Assembly (NCBI GenBank): GCA_951406725.2 | Contig: OX597838.1 | Coordinates: 17,298,001 to 17,362,000, forward strand | Length of the DNA stretch: 64,000 bases | DNA from: Octopus vulgaris | Taxonomy: Eukaryota | Reading direction: 5' to 3' | Shown: positions 1 to 12,153 of the stretch, in pieces | Layout of the letters: every line of letters begins with the position of its first letter | How positions within the stretch are numbered: position 1 is the stretch's first letter | Program-made: the position numbers and the translations under genes | Notes under the pieces: model-generated | Seen by the model: the letters and a program-made list of their open reading frames with translations, nothing else | Told to the model about the DNA's origin: nothing | The model's database searches: none

Positions 1-1389
1 CTTATCAGATAATATTGCCTTAGAGGTTAGGTTGGATGGTCATGGCTGGAACACATTTGACACAAGCCTTTTTGATTAGAGCTGATCTAGGACTTCTCGT
101 GGCTTCCATCCAAGTTTCAGGCTTTTATAGTCAATAATATTTTGCAATAACGTTAATTAGAAATTATCTTTAAACTTTCTGGTGAAGAAGAAAACCGTAA
201 AAACTGAAAATATTGAAGATTGAACTCGTTTTGTAGAATTTATTTACCGAGGCTTTACTACGGTAAATGTTCTGTCTTGCTATGATTTGTCCTGAATTAC
301 TCTGGAGGTTTACTTCATTGCTCCGCAAAATTATGCTATTGTTTAATGGTAAGCTTGAGTTTGGTTTCGTTTTGCTTCCTGACAAAAATCGAAAAATGAG
401 AAGATTAGAAATGCCACTGTTTACTTCCAGTGAAGCAAAGTCACACAGAAAACAACCACAGTGACATCAACCTGATATTACTTCAAGCCAAATAGAATTG
501 TTTTTATATTGTGTAAATACAACCAATTGCAGGAGATTTTTTTTCCTTTCTGACAGGGCCAGCTGAAATTGTATTTTCTGCAATTGTGTCACTTTCTAAT
601 TTGTGAGGATTTCATCTCAGAAATGTATGTGGACAAAGTAAATTGGTTATTGTTTATTCAGTTTCCAGTTGGTCGAGCTCTTTTTTCTTTTATCTTATCA
701 AACCTTCCTTTTTGCCTGCTTTGTAATAAGGAAAACATGGGGGAAAACATTTCGAGAGTGGGGAGAAATTGATTGGAAAATTAGATGAAAGATATTTAAG
801 TTAAAGAAGTCAAAATGGTGGAGAGAAAAAGGACAGAGAAAGTGACGGGGTGGGGGAAGTAAATAAAGCAGCGAAATAAAATGGTGACTGGTGGTATTGG
901 AGGAAATTATGTTATAACTGGAGGAGGTAGATATTGAAAGAAAGAATGAATGAATGATAGAGGGAATAAAAGAGGGCATAGAAAGGAGATGAGAGAATGG
1001 AAGTAGTGAAAAGAAAGAGAAAGCGGGATTTAGGGGGGGATTAGAAGACGGGATGGTATCTTATTAGTAAAATGAGAGAGAAAGCAAGATAGATAAATAC
1101 ATAGTGAAAATATGTGTAATATTTGCCTTCCTTTATTATTTAAACAATTTCCTTCATTTAATTTTTAACGTTATTTTCTCACCGAACTGAAAAATAAATT
1201 CACCTCTTGATAAATGAAGCAAAGGTTTTATTCGCATCTGCAGTGTACTTTTATTTACAATGTACTCCTATACTTTGCTCATATTTACACAAAAGACAAA
1301 TCGATTAGGTACTCACATCTCCAGTATAGATACATTTAATGATGCGTGTTATATGCGTACTCACATCTACAGTGTACTCACATCTACAA

Positions 1390-1990
1390 TGTACGCGCGT
1401 CTATACTGCAATGGTGTGTAAGAGCGATGTCGTTGTTGAGGAAACTCTAGTCTTTGACAAGGACATATTAACTTGTCTGATCTGGAGGATAATCGGACGA
1501 GTCTGTCTCTTCGGTCAAAACGTGATCGGGGGGCCTCTGTGCTATACGAGGTAGTCTGCATTTAATGTGGGGCATCCTGTATTGGGAGCACCGCCAGGAG
1601 ATTGTACGTTCGGATAAAAGAACATATATGCACAGGCACTTCAATAAAAAAAACACCTAAAGAAGAACCAGGCCCAGGATTTCAAGGTGTCCATCAGGGC
1701 AACTCAACGCAACAGAGGTAATCTCAGGATCATGGAGGCCATTCTTATCAATAAACTCAGATCAGCCATAAACAACAGGCAAGAACTACATGAAGTAGAC
1801 TGGTTACTATAGTAACACCTGCCTGCACATGTCACCTTCCTCCTTCTTCCTCCCCACACGTTTGACTAACGACCTTTCCCATCTCTTGTTTTTCCACAAG
1901 CCCTGAGAAAGTGGCGTAACCCGGAAATATAGAAATATAAGGTAAAACTACAACTTTGCCTTGTTTTCTTTTGCTTTTTCTTGTAAAGAA
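1390..1990 (+). mobile_element. Penelope-like element 3' fragment (decayed GIY-YIG endonuclease plus 3' region)
   Basis: 1539-1812 translates, through a stop and a frameshift, as VLYEVVCI*CGASCIGSTARRLYVRIKEH...LRIMEAILINKLRSAINNRQE, the PLE GIY-YIG pattern. It is followed by a pyrimidine tract and a degenerate HHR-like motif at ~1900-1943. Confidence 0.8.
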
Positions 1991-2525
1991 AAATGAATCT
2001 GATTATCAGGAGACAAACTTGTAGTTGTGGAGACATATTTCTTCCTCAAAAGTCATTTTCTGCGTCGCAGTTTAACCAACGTTCTGTCCGGCAGATAAAT
2101 ATGCATAATGCGTCAGATAATGAACGACGGTTACAGTTTGGCCACAACCACAGCTTTTTTAACACTTCTGTCATTGTTAAAATGTTAAGTCTTTCGGAAA
2201 AAATCCGATATAATTTATTTAATATTTTCTTTGTTGTAAAGTAATTTATCTGATGAGTCTCAAGATTGCTTTCTAAAATGTCCTTTTACTTATTACTTCT
2301 GGTCGAGTCTGTTGGGAAATGTGTCAACAGAAAATACTTTCTGGCAATTTTCTGTATTTTTCAACAAAAGACTCAAAGTTACGCGACGTTCATATACACA
2401 CATTACTATGTCGTCTGTTTGATACTGGTTTAGTCGAAAGAAAAACAGAATAGTCATTGTATTACGTATTTTTAACACATACTACGGGATGTTATCCGAT
2501 TATATGCATGTACGTACGTACACAC

Positions 2526-2527
<2 letters not shown>

Positions 2528-2556
<29 letters not shown>

Positions 2557-2632
2557 TGTATGTATGCATGCATGTATGTATGTATGTATGTATGTATGTA
2601 TGTATGTATGTATGTATGTATGTATGTATGTA
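2528..2632. repeat. (TATG)n microsatellite
   Basis: Direct inspection. Confidence 0.95.
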
Positions 2633-3361
2633 TTTGAAATTCATTATAGTTTTTTTCTATGCGCAATGAAAGCCAAGATGATTTTAAGCCAGGACAGTTC
2701 TTGCAATTTGTAGTTATACGAATTGGTTGGTGTGCGCGTGTGTATGTATGTATGTGTGTGTGTTCTGCATGTGTGCTTTATTATTGTTCATGTGTGTCTA
2801 TTCTATATGTATATGTGATTGTGTGCATTTATTCAGCTAAGAACTTCAAATATAGAATCTGTAGGGTTTTACAAATCTTTTACTATTTAGCTCTGTCGTT
2901 ACGCAACCCACTGCCCCTACAATGATATGTAGAAAGGAAAATCTATAACCTGGGTGTAAGATTCATAGGTTCCTCAGTTCTCCATTGATTTTCTACATTA
3001 CTCCAATTTTTGATGAAACATTCAAACCCACCGAGTAATTGAGTACCGCTTTTGCTCTCTGTCCCGTTCAAGATTACCTGGCTTGTACTTACAAAAGGTT
3101 TGCTGTTTTTTTTCTGGAATGTTCCACCAGTCTTCTTTATGGCTAAAAATAAGGATACTTTCTGGTTCTGGTACACATTTGATATGGTGTCAAGATAATC
3201 CTTTCTGCGGTATTGAAGACAAAATTTGGGGATTAGCATTGGTACTGTGGGATATAGTTTTATTGAATGATGATACTTCCGATTCTATACCTCCGAAGTC
3301 TTTTGAAATATTTCTTTGTCACTCTAGTTCTATTCACAGCACCAACATATGCAATGTTACA

Positions 3362-3570
3362 TATTTCTTTACTACCCACAAGGGGCTAAACACAGAAGGG
3401 ACAAACAAGGACAGACAAACGGATTAAGTCGATTTATATCGACCCCAGTGCGTAATTGGTACTTATTTAATCGACCTCGAAAGGATGAAAGGCAAAGTCG
3501 ACCTCGGCAGAATTTGAACTCAGAACGTAGCGGCAGACGAAATACCGCTAAGAATTTCGCCCGGCGTGCT
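3362..3570 (-). mobile_element. tRNA-derived SINE, family D
   Basis: Reverse complement of the 5172-5354 and 58777-59009 copies; B-box GAGTTCAAATTC; tail TAAAGAAATA. Confidence 0.9.
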
Positions 3571-4364
3571 ATACCGTCGATTTCGAGGTATTCGTAAAAT
3601 TCATCAATGATGATAGAGAAGATACCCAGACTATTGATATCCATATATATCTTCCATGGTCGACAATCTTTTATTGTTTGGCTAACAAATCTGATCACTT
3701 GCCCGGACAAAACGCCATTCCTATGTCCCGCGAGTGCTAAAATGTCTCTTGTTATCAATGAAATTACTTGAGCACAGCTTAGAAACGCGAAACGAAGTGC
3801 TAATGACATTTAATACTTTCTTCATTTGCAGACTCTATTATGAAGGCTTTGTATTTCCTTAAGCGAACCGACAAAGAGTTCTTTGCCAGGAGGAAATGCG
3901 TTACAGATAGGCTGCCATGCAATTGTATATTATTGTAGAAGGCAAAGTTTTGCTTTGATTTTGCTATTAGCTGCGCTTACAGTTGTTTATATACTTCTTA
4001 TGCTTCACTCATTAATACTGTTACTCCTATGGCTTTTTATACATTGGGAAAAAACACCTGCGGGTTGACCGCTTAAACAACAGAACATAATCTATCGCTT
4101 GTCTCTTTAACTCATTCACGCACATTATTTTCCACCTCTCAGTTTGTGGTGTTTATATGACACCATCACTGCTTCCCGCTTCGCGCTATGACAAAGAATC
4201 AAACATACATACACATACACGTACACACGCACATACGCATGCATGTATCAGGAGTACATGGTAAGGCCACAAAGAATCAAGCATTAATAATGCAGTGTGA
4301 ACATGCTTTATTAAAACGCCTTTGGCTACTCACAATTGCATATGTATATATATATATATATATA

Positions 4365-4619
4365 TTCTTTTATTCTTTTATTTGTTTCAGTCATGTGACT
4401 GCGGCCACGCTGGAGCACCGCCTTCAGTCGAGCAAATCGACCCCAAGACTTATTCTTTCTAAGCCTAGTACTTAGTCTATCGGTCTCTCTTGCCGAACCG
4501 CTAAGTGACGGGGACGTAAACTAGCACCGGTTGTCAAGCGATGTTGGGGGGACAAACACAGACACACAAACATACACACACGCACACACACACATATATA
4601 TATATACTCTTTACTCTCT

Positions 4620-4659
<40 letters not shown>

Positions 4660-4822
4660 GACGGGCTTCTTCCAGTTTCCGTCTACCAAATCCACTCACA
4701 AGGATTTGGTCGGCTCGAGGCTATAGTAGAAGACACTTGCCCAAAGTGCCACGCAGTGGGACTGGACCCGGAAACATGTGGTTGGCAAGCAAGCTACATA
4801 CCACATAGCCACTCCTGCGCCT
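4365..4822 (-). mobile_element. tRNA-derived SINE, family A (internal TA/CA microsatellite), full length
   Basis: Reverse complement of 50444-50868; A/B-box head, CORE-like TTGGGCAAGTGTCTT, tail GACTGAAACAA-TAAAAGA. Confidence 0.92.
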
Positions 4823-5171
4823 ATATATATATATATATATATACTGCATGCACATACAACATGTGTATTCATCCTTAACAGAAAAAACCAACGAAGCATA
4901 GAAAAAAGATGGTTGTGGAATTCTATTGGTGACAGAAGAGTAAAATCTAAAATAGAAATTTGTAACTTGTAGTTTGAAATTAATTTTTTAATTTCGAACA
5001 ATATCGATCTGTGTAAATTTAGACAGGAGTAGGAGAAAGAGAAAGGTGGGAGGTGGGAGTTATTGCAATGTTTCAGTTATTGAAATTGTGTGGTTTTTGC
5101 AACAACGATAACCGTTGTAAATAAACTGTAGAAATGGCAAATGGTGGTCATGGGTCGATGGTAGTCGATTT

Positions 5172-5354
5172 GTATTTCGGCTGCCGTTACGTTCTGAGTT
5201 CAAATTCCGCCGAGGTCGACTTTGCCTTTCATCCTTTCGGGGTCGATAAATTAAGCACCAGTTACGCACTGGGGTCGATGTAATCGACTTAATCCGTTTG
5301 TCTGTCCTTGCTTGTCCCCTCTGTGTTTAGCCCCTTGTGGGTAGTAAAGAAATA
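5172..5354 (+). mobile_element. SINE family D, 5'-truncated, with 12-bp target-site duplication
   Basis: GGTAGTCGATTT at 5160-5171 and 5355-5366 flanks the copy. Confidence 0.92.
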
Positions 5355-5574
5355 GGTAGTCGATTTATGTGACACGTTAAAAGTCACATGATTTAAAAAA
5401 AGGGTTGGTGAAAGTTAAACAGACGCAGTGAAAATTAAACAGACATAAGTTTTCTTTCAAGGGTTGGGGATTTTTTTGGCCTGTATTTTCTGATGTGAAG
5501 TTCCACTTCCTAGATTAGCAGGTTACTGTCCTTAACTTATTGCTTTTCTGTCCACTTCTTTTTCATCTTGTTTT

Positions 5575-5815
5575 AGCCGAATTCAGTCTTTTGCTTTGAC
5601 AACTATGGCTTGGACATATTTCATGATCGCTTTTGGTTTGCGATGAGCCAGGCTCATCAATAACCATCTGCTCAGTCTTCTTCCTACAAACTTATTAACA
5701 ATCAACTTCAATTGGAGAGTGCGCCGTCTTCTGCCCATCATTCTCACATTCTTCAAGGAGGTGTTCATACTGGTAATTCTAATGAGTCTGGGCAGTGTCG
5801 ATGTTCATGGGGAAC
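5575..5815 (-). mobile_element. Decayed C-terminus of an RLE-type non-LTR retrotransposon (HERO-like)
   Basis: Minus strand YEHLLEECENDGQKTAHSPIEVDC*...FVGRRLSRWLL resembles the RLE motif KYxxLxxECxxxGWxxxxxPxEVGCRGFV. Confidence 0.6.
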
Positions 5816-5821
5816 AATTAT

Positions 5822-6240
5822 TGCAACAATTCAATTCAATTCAATTTTTATTGGCTCAAAAAGCAAAAGCAAAGCCATGTAGGGGGTCAGGGAGTTATGT
5901 ACAGGGAGGGTGGTCATACAAAGAGTTCAGGCCATTTCTGGTCAAGAGAGACTTTGAACCGAGCGGTCGTCGGCATCTTCACTGTCTCGTCCGGCAGCGT
6001 ATTCCACGGATCCGCAGCCCGGATGGAGAAAGCCCCCTCTCCTTCGATTGAGATGAAATCGTCGTAGATAGAGCTTTTCGGAGTGACCCTGCAGCTGACG
6101 CTCTGGAGCAGGAGTGAAGAACAGCTCGTTCGAGAGGTTACACTTTCCGCTTATGATGTTGTGAGCAAGAATGAGATCACCACGGCGTCGTCGTTTCTCT
6201 AGAGAATAAAGGTCGAGTGACTTCAGCCTTTCTTATGGTC
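5822..6240 (-). mobile_element. CR1 LINE 3' fragment
   Basis: Minus strand ERLKSLDLYSLEKRRRRGDLILAHNII...QGHSEKL...(frameshift)AFSIRAADPWNTLPDETVKMPTTARFKVSLDQKW is the CR1 ORF2 C-terminus; (AATTG)n tail. Confidence 0.9.
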
Positions 6241-6732
6241 CACACAAATCGATCAATTTGTTTCATGGGAGTTATCTTTCTTGTTATCTTTCTTTTAATA
6301 TTTTAAACACCGATAAAGATTGAGATGAAATCGTCGCAGATGGAGATTTTCGGAGTGACCCCGCAGCCGACGCTCTGGAGCAGGAGTGAAGAACAGCTCT
6401 TTCGAGAGGTTACACTTTCCGCTTATGATGTTGTGAGCAAGAATGAGATCACCACGGCGTCGTCGTTTCTCTAGAGAATAAAGGTCGAGTGTCTTCAGCC
6501 TTTCTTATGGTCCACACAAATCGATCAATTTGTTTCATGGGAGTTATCTTTCTTGTTTGCATTTCTTTTAATATTTTAAACACCGATAAAGATTGAGATG
6601 AAATCGTCGCAGATGGAGATTTTCGGAGTGACCCCGCAGCTGACGCTCTGGAGCAGGAGTGAAGAACAGCTCTTTCGAGAGGTTACACTTTCCGCTTATG
6701 ATGTTGTGAGCAAGAATGAGATCACCACGGCG
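6046..6732. repeat. Tandem array of ~272-bp unit (2.5 copies)
   Basis: GATTGAGATGAAATCGTCG starts at 6046, 6319 and 6591; near-identical copies. Confidence 0.95.
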
Positions 6733-7277
6733 ATCAAAAAAAAAATTTGTTCTTTTATTTTTCTCACACCAGATAAGTATATCTGGTTTCTTTTTTATTG
6801 GTATGCTTTATTTAGATGAGTCTCTGGCCACTCTCTGTAAATTATCGACTGGACCTCTGGGACAAATTCGCTTTACGTTTTAGAGCAATGTAATATATTT
6901 ATAGAACTTGTAAATGACATATTGGTTAACAAGTGAAGAGTTGGAATAACCCAGGTGACAAATGTAATGTAATAGTCCGGACATAGGTTATATATGACAA
7001 CTATTTCTGGTTCCCAAACTGTAAAACGAGAAATGAGGTCACGAGTGGTGGCTTTTATAAGTCTCTCTGATGCTCGATGTTGATAAAGATTTATGAAATT
7101 CGTAAGTTACACACACACACACACTACCCAATGACTCTACCCTTATAATTTACCCCAGGGATATCTGCAATAGCATGATACAGAATATTGAGTCAACTGT
7201 GGAACTCTACCTGCTAAAACTAGAATCCACACACAGGGCGCATTAGATAACGTAGTTCCTGAAAGATGGCTGGCAAA

Positions 7278-7721
7278 GCTAAACTCAGTGGATTTGATCT
7301 TAGAACATAAGAACATAAGCTAAACTCAGTGGATTTGATCTTAGAACATAAGAACATAAGCTAAACTCAGTGGATTTGATCTTAGAACATAAGAACATAA
7401 GCTAAACTCAGTGGATTTGATCTTAGAACATAAGAACATAAGCTAAACTCAGTGGATTTGATCTTAGGAACATAAGAACATAAGCTAAACTCAGTGGATT
7501 TGATCTTAGAACATAAGAACATAAGCTAAACTCAGTGGATTTGATCTTAGAACATAAGAACATAAGCTAAACTCAGTGGATTTGATCTTAGAACATAAGA
7601 ACATAAGCTAAACTCAGTGGATTTGATCTTAGAACATAAGAACATAAGCTAAACTCAGTGGATTTGATCTTAGAACATAAGAACATAAGCTAAACTCAGT
7701 GGATTTGATCTTAGAACATAA
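7278..7721. repeat. 41-bp minisatellite, ~11 copies
   Basis: Unit GCTAAACTCAGTGGATTTGATCTTAGAACATAAGAACATAA; one 1-bp insertion; no spacers. Confidence 0.97.
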
Positions 7722-7859
7722 GGAACCTTCACAAATAGAGAATGCATCTTTTTCATTTTCAGATGCTTTAACACTTCTGTCAAGGTTCTGGCAGAACCTT
7801 GACCATGATAATAGCATCTAGCATAAGCACAAACCAAGAAATTTGTAAAGCGGGGACAA

Positions 7860-8005
7860 CATTCGATTTTAAGGACCTAGTTTATGACTGGTACTTTATT
7901 TTATCACCCTCAGAGGGATGAGTAGCAAAGTTGACATCGGCCTGACTTGGAATCAGACCGTAAAATGTCTGAACAAATATTGGATTTTTTTTTCAAACGC
8001 TCTGC
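7860..8005 (-). mobile_element. Degenerate SINE family D fragment
   Basis: ACTGGTACTTTATTTTATCACCCTCAGAGGGATGAGTAGCAAAGTTGAC aligns loosely to the reverse D consensus. Confidence 0.6.
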
Positions 8006-8035
8006 AAAAGTAGTAATAACACGAACAACAGACAC

Positions 8036-8191
8036 AGGCGTAGCTGTGTGGTAAGAGACTTGCTTCCCAACCACAAGGTCCAGGTTCAGACCCACTGCGT
8101 GGCACCTTGGGCAAGTGTCCTCTACGAAAGCCGCAGGTTGACCAAAGCGTTGTGAGTGGATTTCTTAGACGGAAACTAAAAGAAGTCTGTC

Positions 8192-8267
<76 letters not shown>

Positions 8268-8480
8268 CTTTGTGCGTGTGTTTGTTCCCCTCCTCCACCG
8301 CTTGACAACCGGTGTTTCTTTGTTTACGTCCCTGTAACTTAGCGGTTCGGTAAAAAAAGATAAATAGAATAAGTACCAGGCTTAAAAAAAAAGTACTGGG
8401 ATCGATTCATTCGGCTGAAAGTTCTTCGTGGCTGTGCCACAGCATGGCCGCAGTCTAATGACTGAAACAAGTAAAAGACA
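8036..8480 (+). mobile_element. SINE family A
   Basis: Colinear with 50444-50868, including the internal (TA)(TG) array. Confidence 0.9.
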
Positions 8481-9059
8481 AAAAAAAAGGAGAAGAAATA
8501 CAACAACAGCTGTGGTAATCGAAACAATTTCGCTTCTAAAGGAACGCAGGCGAAGTCCATCGATATCGTTCATGCTGTGTTGCCTCAAACAACGATCGAC
8601 TTCCTTTTTGTTGCGAATTCGATGAAGACTTCTGAGAGATCTTTCAGACACGCCCAAAACTTTAAATTAGATAATGGTATGCAGTTGTTCTATATTCGAT
8701 TTTCTTTTAGACTTTTAATCTTCGCTGATTTGTTAATATGAAAATGTAGCCTCTTCACAAGAAGAACGCCGTCGATAATCAAAACAGTCTTTGATCTCGC
8801 ACTCATAAATGTACGTCGTTTTATTGGGTTGTAAAAAATGTTTTATTTAAAAACATATTAAAATCAAATACGTTAAAGGGAATAAAACCATTACGTTTCT
8901 CTAATGATTACCTGTAAACCTTTTATTAATTATTTACGGGATATTGGCGAAGGTAATATTTCCAATTTTACGCTGAATTTCTAAAAATTATCTTATCAAG
9001 ATATAACATTCTAAAAAAGAATTTTCGGAAACCAAAATACAAACCCGTTTATAACGATA

Positions 9060-9332
9060 CACACGACTACACACACACACACATATACGCAAATGCACAC
9101 GCACAAACGCACGCACGCATACACACACATACACACACACACACAAACACACACACGCGCGCAGATACACACACATATATACAAATGCACACGCACACAT
9201 GCACATGCACACATGCACACGCACACATGCACACGCACACATGCACACACACTCACACACACACACATACACACACAAACACACACACGCGTGCAGATAC
9301 ACACACATATATACAAATGCACACGCACACAT

Positions 9333-9365
<33 letters not shown>

Positions 9366-9536
9366 TACACACACAAACACACACACGGCGCGCAGATACA
9401 CACACATATATACAAATGCACACGCACACATGCACACACACTCACACACACACACACATACACACACAAACACACACACGCGTGCAGATACACACACATA
9501 TATACAAATGCACACGCACACATGCACACACACACA
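9060..9536. repeat. Compound (CA)n array with higher-order ~90-130 bp periodicity
   Basis: GCAGATACACACACATATATACAAATGCACACGCACACATGCAC recurs at ~9161, 9293, 9392 and 9484. Confidence 0.9.
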
Positions 9537-10017
9537 GAGGCAGCCTTCAACGTTTATCATCTCATGTTTCTGTTTTTTTACCCACTATTTACAATCAGTT
9601 ATTAAGATCTTTACCGACTTCGATTTATTTCATGTCTTTCAAAGTTTCTAAGTTCTTATAATGTAAGCATATTGCAAGACTCGCTGGTAACGACAACGTT
9701 TCTATAATGATGAAATCTAAAGAATCGTTTTGCTACAGTAGCAGAGCCTGTATGATGTTTGCAGATGCGGGGTTTAGTACCGCGGGCAACCTTCGAATTT
9801 TTTCATCTAACGTATTGTTTAACCTAATATTTACAGCTATTATTTATAGTTTCATCTACTTCGAGTTGGGCTGTTAAAATCGCTATATATATAAATGAAG
9901 AATGTGCAGGGCTACATAATAAGGCAGTTATCTGACACCCCATCGACCCCTAGTGCGAAACCGATTAATAAGATCGGCCGTAACGAATATATAATATTGT
10001 ACACTTCGATCAGTCTA

Positions 10018-10106
<89 letters not shown>

Positions 10107-10129
10107 GTATATGTGATCTCTTGAGCACC

Positions 10130-10316
10130 ACCAGCAAATAAATTTTTTTCCTCTGTCTTCCCTTCTCGGGATCTTTCCTTCTCCTTTGTTTCCGACGAAG
10201 AGCTCCGCTCGAAACGTTAAACCCTCCTTCCCTTCTTTCCTGAGCGTCAAATAATACTTTAATTGTTCCACGTCCTCGCGTTGCTGTGTTTTTTTTCTGT
10301 GTTTTCTTGTTTGGAT

Positions 10317-10320
<4 letters not shown>
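10130..10320 (+). mobile_element. Short PLE-type 3' module ending on (TA)n
   Basis: Pyrimidine tract, HHR, ~100-nt tail, then (TA)n; related to the 33520-33710 and 55110-55303 modules. Confidence 0.7.
10188..10222 (+). ncRNA. Minimal type I hammerhead ribozyme (U4C variant)
   Basis: GUUU-CCGACGAA-GAGC ucc GCUC-GAAAC-GUU-AAAC: stems I and II pair perfectly; loopless palindromic stem III (ACGU). Confidence 0.8.
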
Positions 10321-10382
<62 letters not shown>

Positions 10383-10386
<4 letters not shown>

Positions 10387-10566
10387 GGGTTATTCCAAAA
10401 AGAATGAATCGATTTGATTACGCAATATCTTAATAAGGAAAAGCAATAGAGAACTCCAGCTGAGTCACAAGTATTTACTCACAATCAACTTTTATTTCCT
10501 GTCTCACAAGTGTTTGATGTGGCCACCACCTGCAGCACGGGCTACATCAGTGCGATAAGAGAATTG
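10383..10566 (-). mobile_element. Tc1/mariner-superfamily transposon end fragment
   Basis: Minus strand FSYRTDVARAAGGGHIKHL* (transposase C-terminus GGHIEHL type); TIR-like TA-TAGGGTTATTCCAAAAAGAATG. Confidence 0.7.
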
Positions 10567-10800
10567 TGTGTGTTTATTGAGCGAAAACACCTAAAAACTC
10601 CACGAGGCTCCGGCAGGGGGATGGGGTGGCGACCCCTGTTGTACTTTTTCGCCCTAACTTTCTCTCACTCTTTCTTCCTGTTTCTTGAGTAACGATGCGA
10701 TGGGCTGGCGTCCCGTCCAGCTGGGGGGAACACATACGCCATAGAAATCGGGAAACCGGGCCCATGAGCCTGGCTAGGATGATAAGGCAAAAGGACCCAT
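10567..10800 (+). mobile_element. SINE family B, 5'-truncated, tail type 2
   Basis: Colinear with 59800-60015. Confidence 0.85.
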
Positions 10801-10827
10801 AAATAATTTTAAAAAAAGGGTGTATAG

Positions 10828-11089
10828 GTATCTAGCAGGCTTAAAAATATATCCTGCCATAGGGCAGAAAAACATCTCACAGAGACACTAACAACCAACA
10901 ATAAATTGCTGGCCCTGTGCCATAATTTGAAACGAATCCAATACAACCTTTCGGATGGTCGAAGACTAAACTTGGTACCCCGTTACGCATATTGGATGAC
11001 TAATGTATATAAGTATCTAGCAGGCTTAAAAATATATCCTGCCATAGGGCAGAAGAACATCCCAGAGACACTAACAACCAACAATAAAT
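10828..11089. repeat. Pair of ~78-bp direct repeats (10828-10906, 11013-11089)
   Basis: GTATCTAGCAGGCTTAAAAATATATCCTGCCATAGGGCAG...AATAAAT occurs twice. Confidence 0.9.
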
Positions 11090-11229
11090 GCCTTAAACGA
11101 GTGACAGGCACCAATGGTTTATCTCGAACTTGAAGGCAGCGTCTATATCCGTCGTTTCCTCATTCACAACTTTAGATTTTGACAACTGAATACGGAGGTG
11201 TCAACTCTGCCGTCATTGCTCCTTATTGA

Positions 11230-11264
<35 letters not shown>

Positions 11265-11288
11265 TATATATATATATATGTTACATTA

Positions 11289-11590
11289 GTGGAGGCACAA
11301 GGCCTAATGGCTAGAGCATCGGACTTTCGGTCAAGGAATCGCGGGTTCGAATCTCAGACTGGGTGATGTGTGTATTTATGAGCGAAACACCTAAGCTCCA
11401 CGCGGCTCTGACAGAAGGTAATGGCGAACTTTTGCTGACTCTTTCGCCAAAACTTCCTCTCCTTCTTTCCTCCTGCATCTTGCAGCTCACCTGCGACGGA
11501 CCGGCGTCCCGCTTAGATGGGGAACCTATATGCCAAGGTAACCGGGAAACCGGGCCTTATGAGCCAAGCATGGCTCGAGATGGAACAAAC
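11289..11590 (+). mobile_element. SINE family B relative (diverged subfamily, tail type 2-like)
   Basis: GTGGAGGCAC head, B-box GGTTCGAATCTC, GAGCGAAACACCTAAGCTCCACG, CTGCGACGGACCGGCGTCCCG. Confidence 0.85.
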
Positions 11591-11702
11591 ATATATAAGT
11601 TACATACGTACATACACACACACATATAGACATAGATGTATGTATATATATATGTATATAATGTACGTTTGTAACTTAAATTTATATATTTACACATACG
11701 GA

Positions 11703-11760
<58 letters not shown>

Positions 11761-11918
11761 GATCAATAAATGGTGGGGTTGTGTTGACCGCACGTGGAGA
11801 AATGATAAGCAAGGGAAAATTGTAAAAAGGCAGAATGCTAAGTGGAAAGAAAATTTTAATGAAAATGGGTGTATGGAAAAAGTTTTTGAAAAATTGATAA
11901 AATATATAAATATATATT

Positions 11919-11960
11919 AATTCAAACCGGTTTTCGTCATAATGTCACTTTTCAAGAATT
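11919..11960 (-). ncRNA. Candidate hammerhead ribozyme, U3-A8 core variant
   Basis: AAUUC-UUGAAAA-GUGACAUUAUGAC-GAAAA-CCGG-UUU-GAAUU; 5-bp stem I, weak stem II; ~160 nt upstream of a (TA)(TG) array. Confidence 0.5.
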
Positions 11961-12113
11961 GTAAAGGAAAAAAAAAATTTAAAGTGAGAAGGGGGAAAAA
12001 AGAAAATTACATTGTTTTTTGCAAAAAAATAATAATAAATATATACAAAAATTAAAAAATAAGTACTCCGATACATTGTGAAGTCTTTGTGTATCTTGAG
12101 TTTAATGATTGAG

Positions 12114-12153
<40 letters not shown>

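Noticed and set aside
2250-2280. CTGATGAG hammerhead half-site
   Set aside because: No downstream GAAA or closing stems.
2943-3427. 98-aa and 114-aa ORFs as a host gene
   Set aside because: No recognisable domain; possibly LINE ORF1 debris; one ORF runs into a SINE.
7065-7110. HHR-like CTGATGC...GAAATTCGTAAG before (AC)n
   Set aside because: A9 is mutated and there is no stem II; it cannot be distinguished from chance.
7278-7721. CRISPR array
   Set aside because: Units are contiguous and identical with no unique spacers, there are no cas genes, and the context is eukaryotic.
8988-9661. Cys/Val- or His/Thr-rich ORFs resembling metal-binding proteins
   Set aside because: Translations of a compound (CA)n array.
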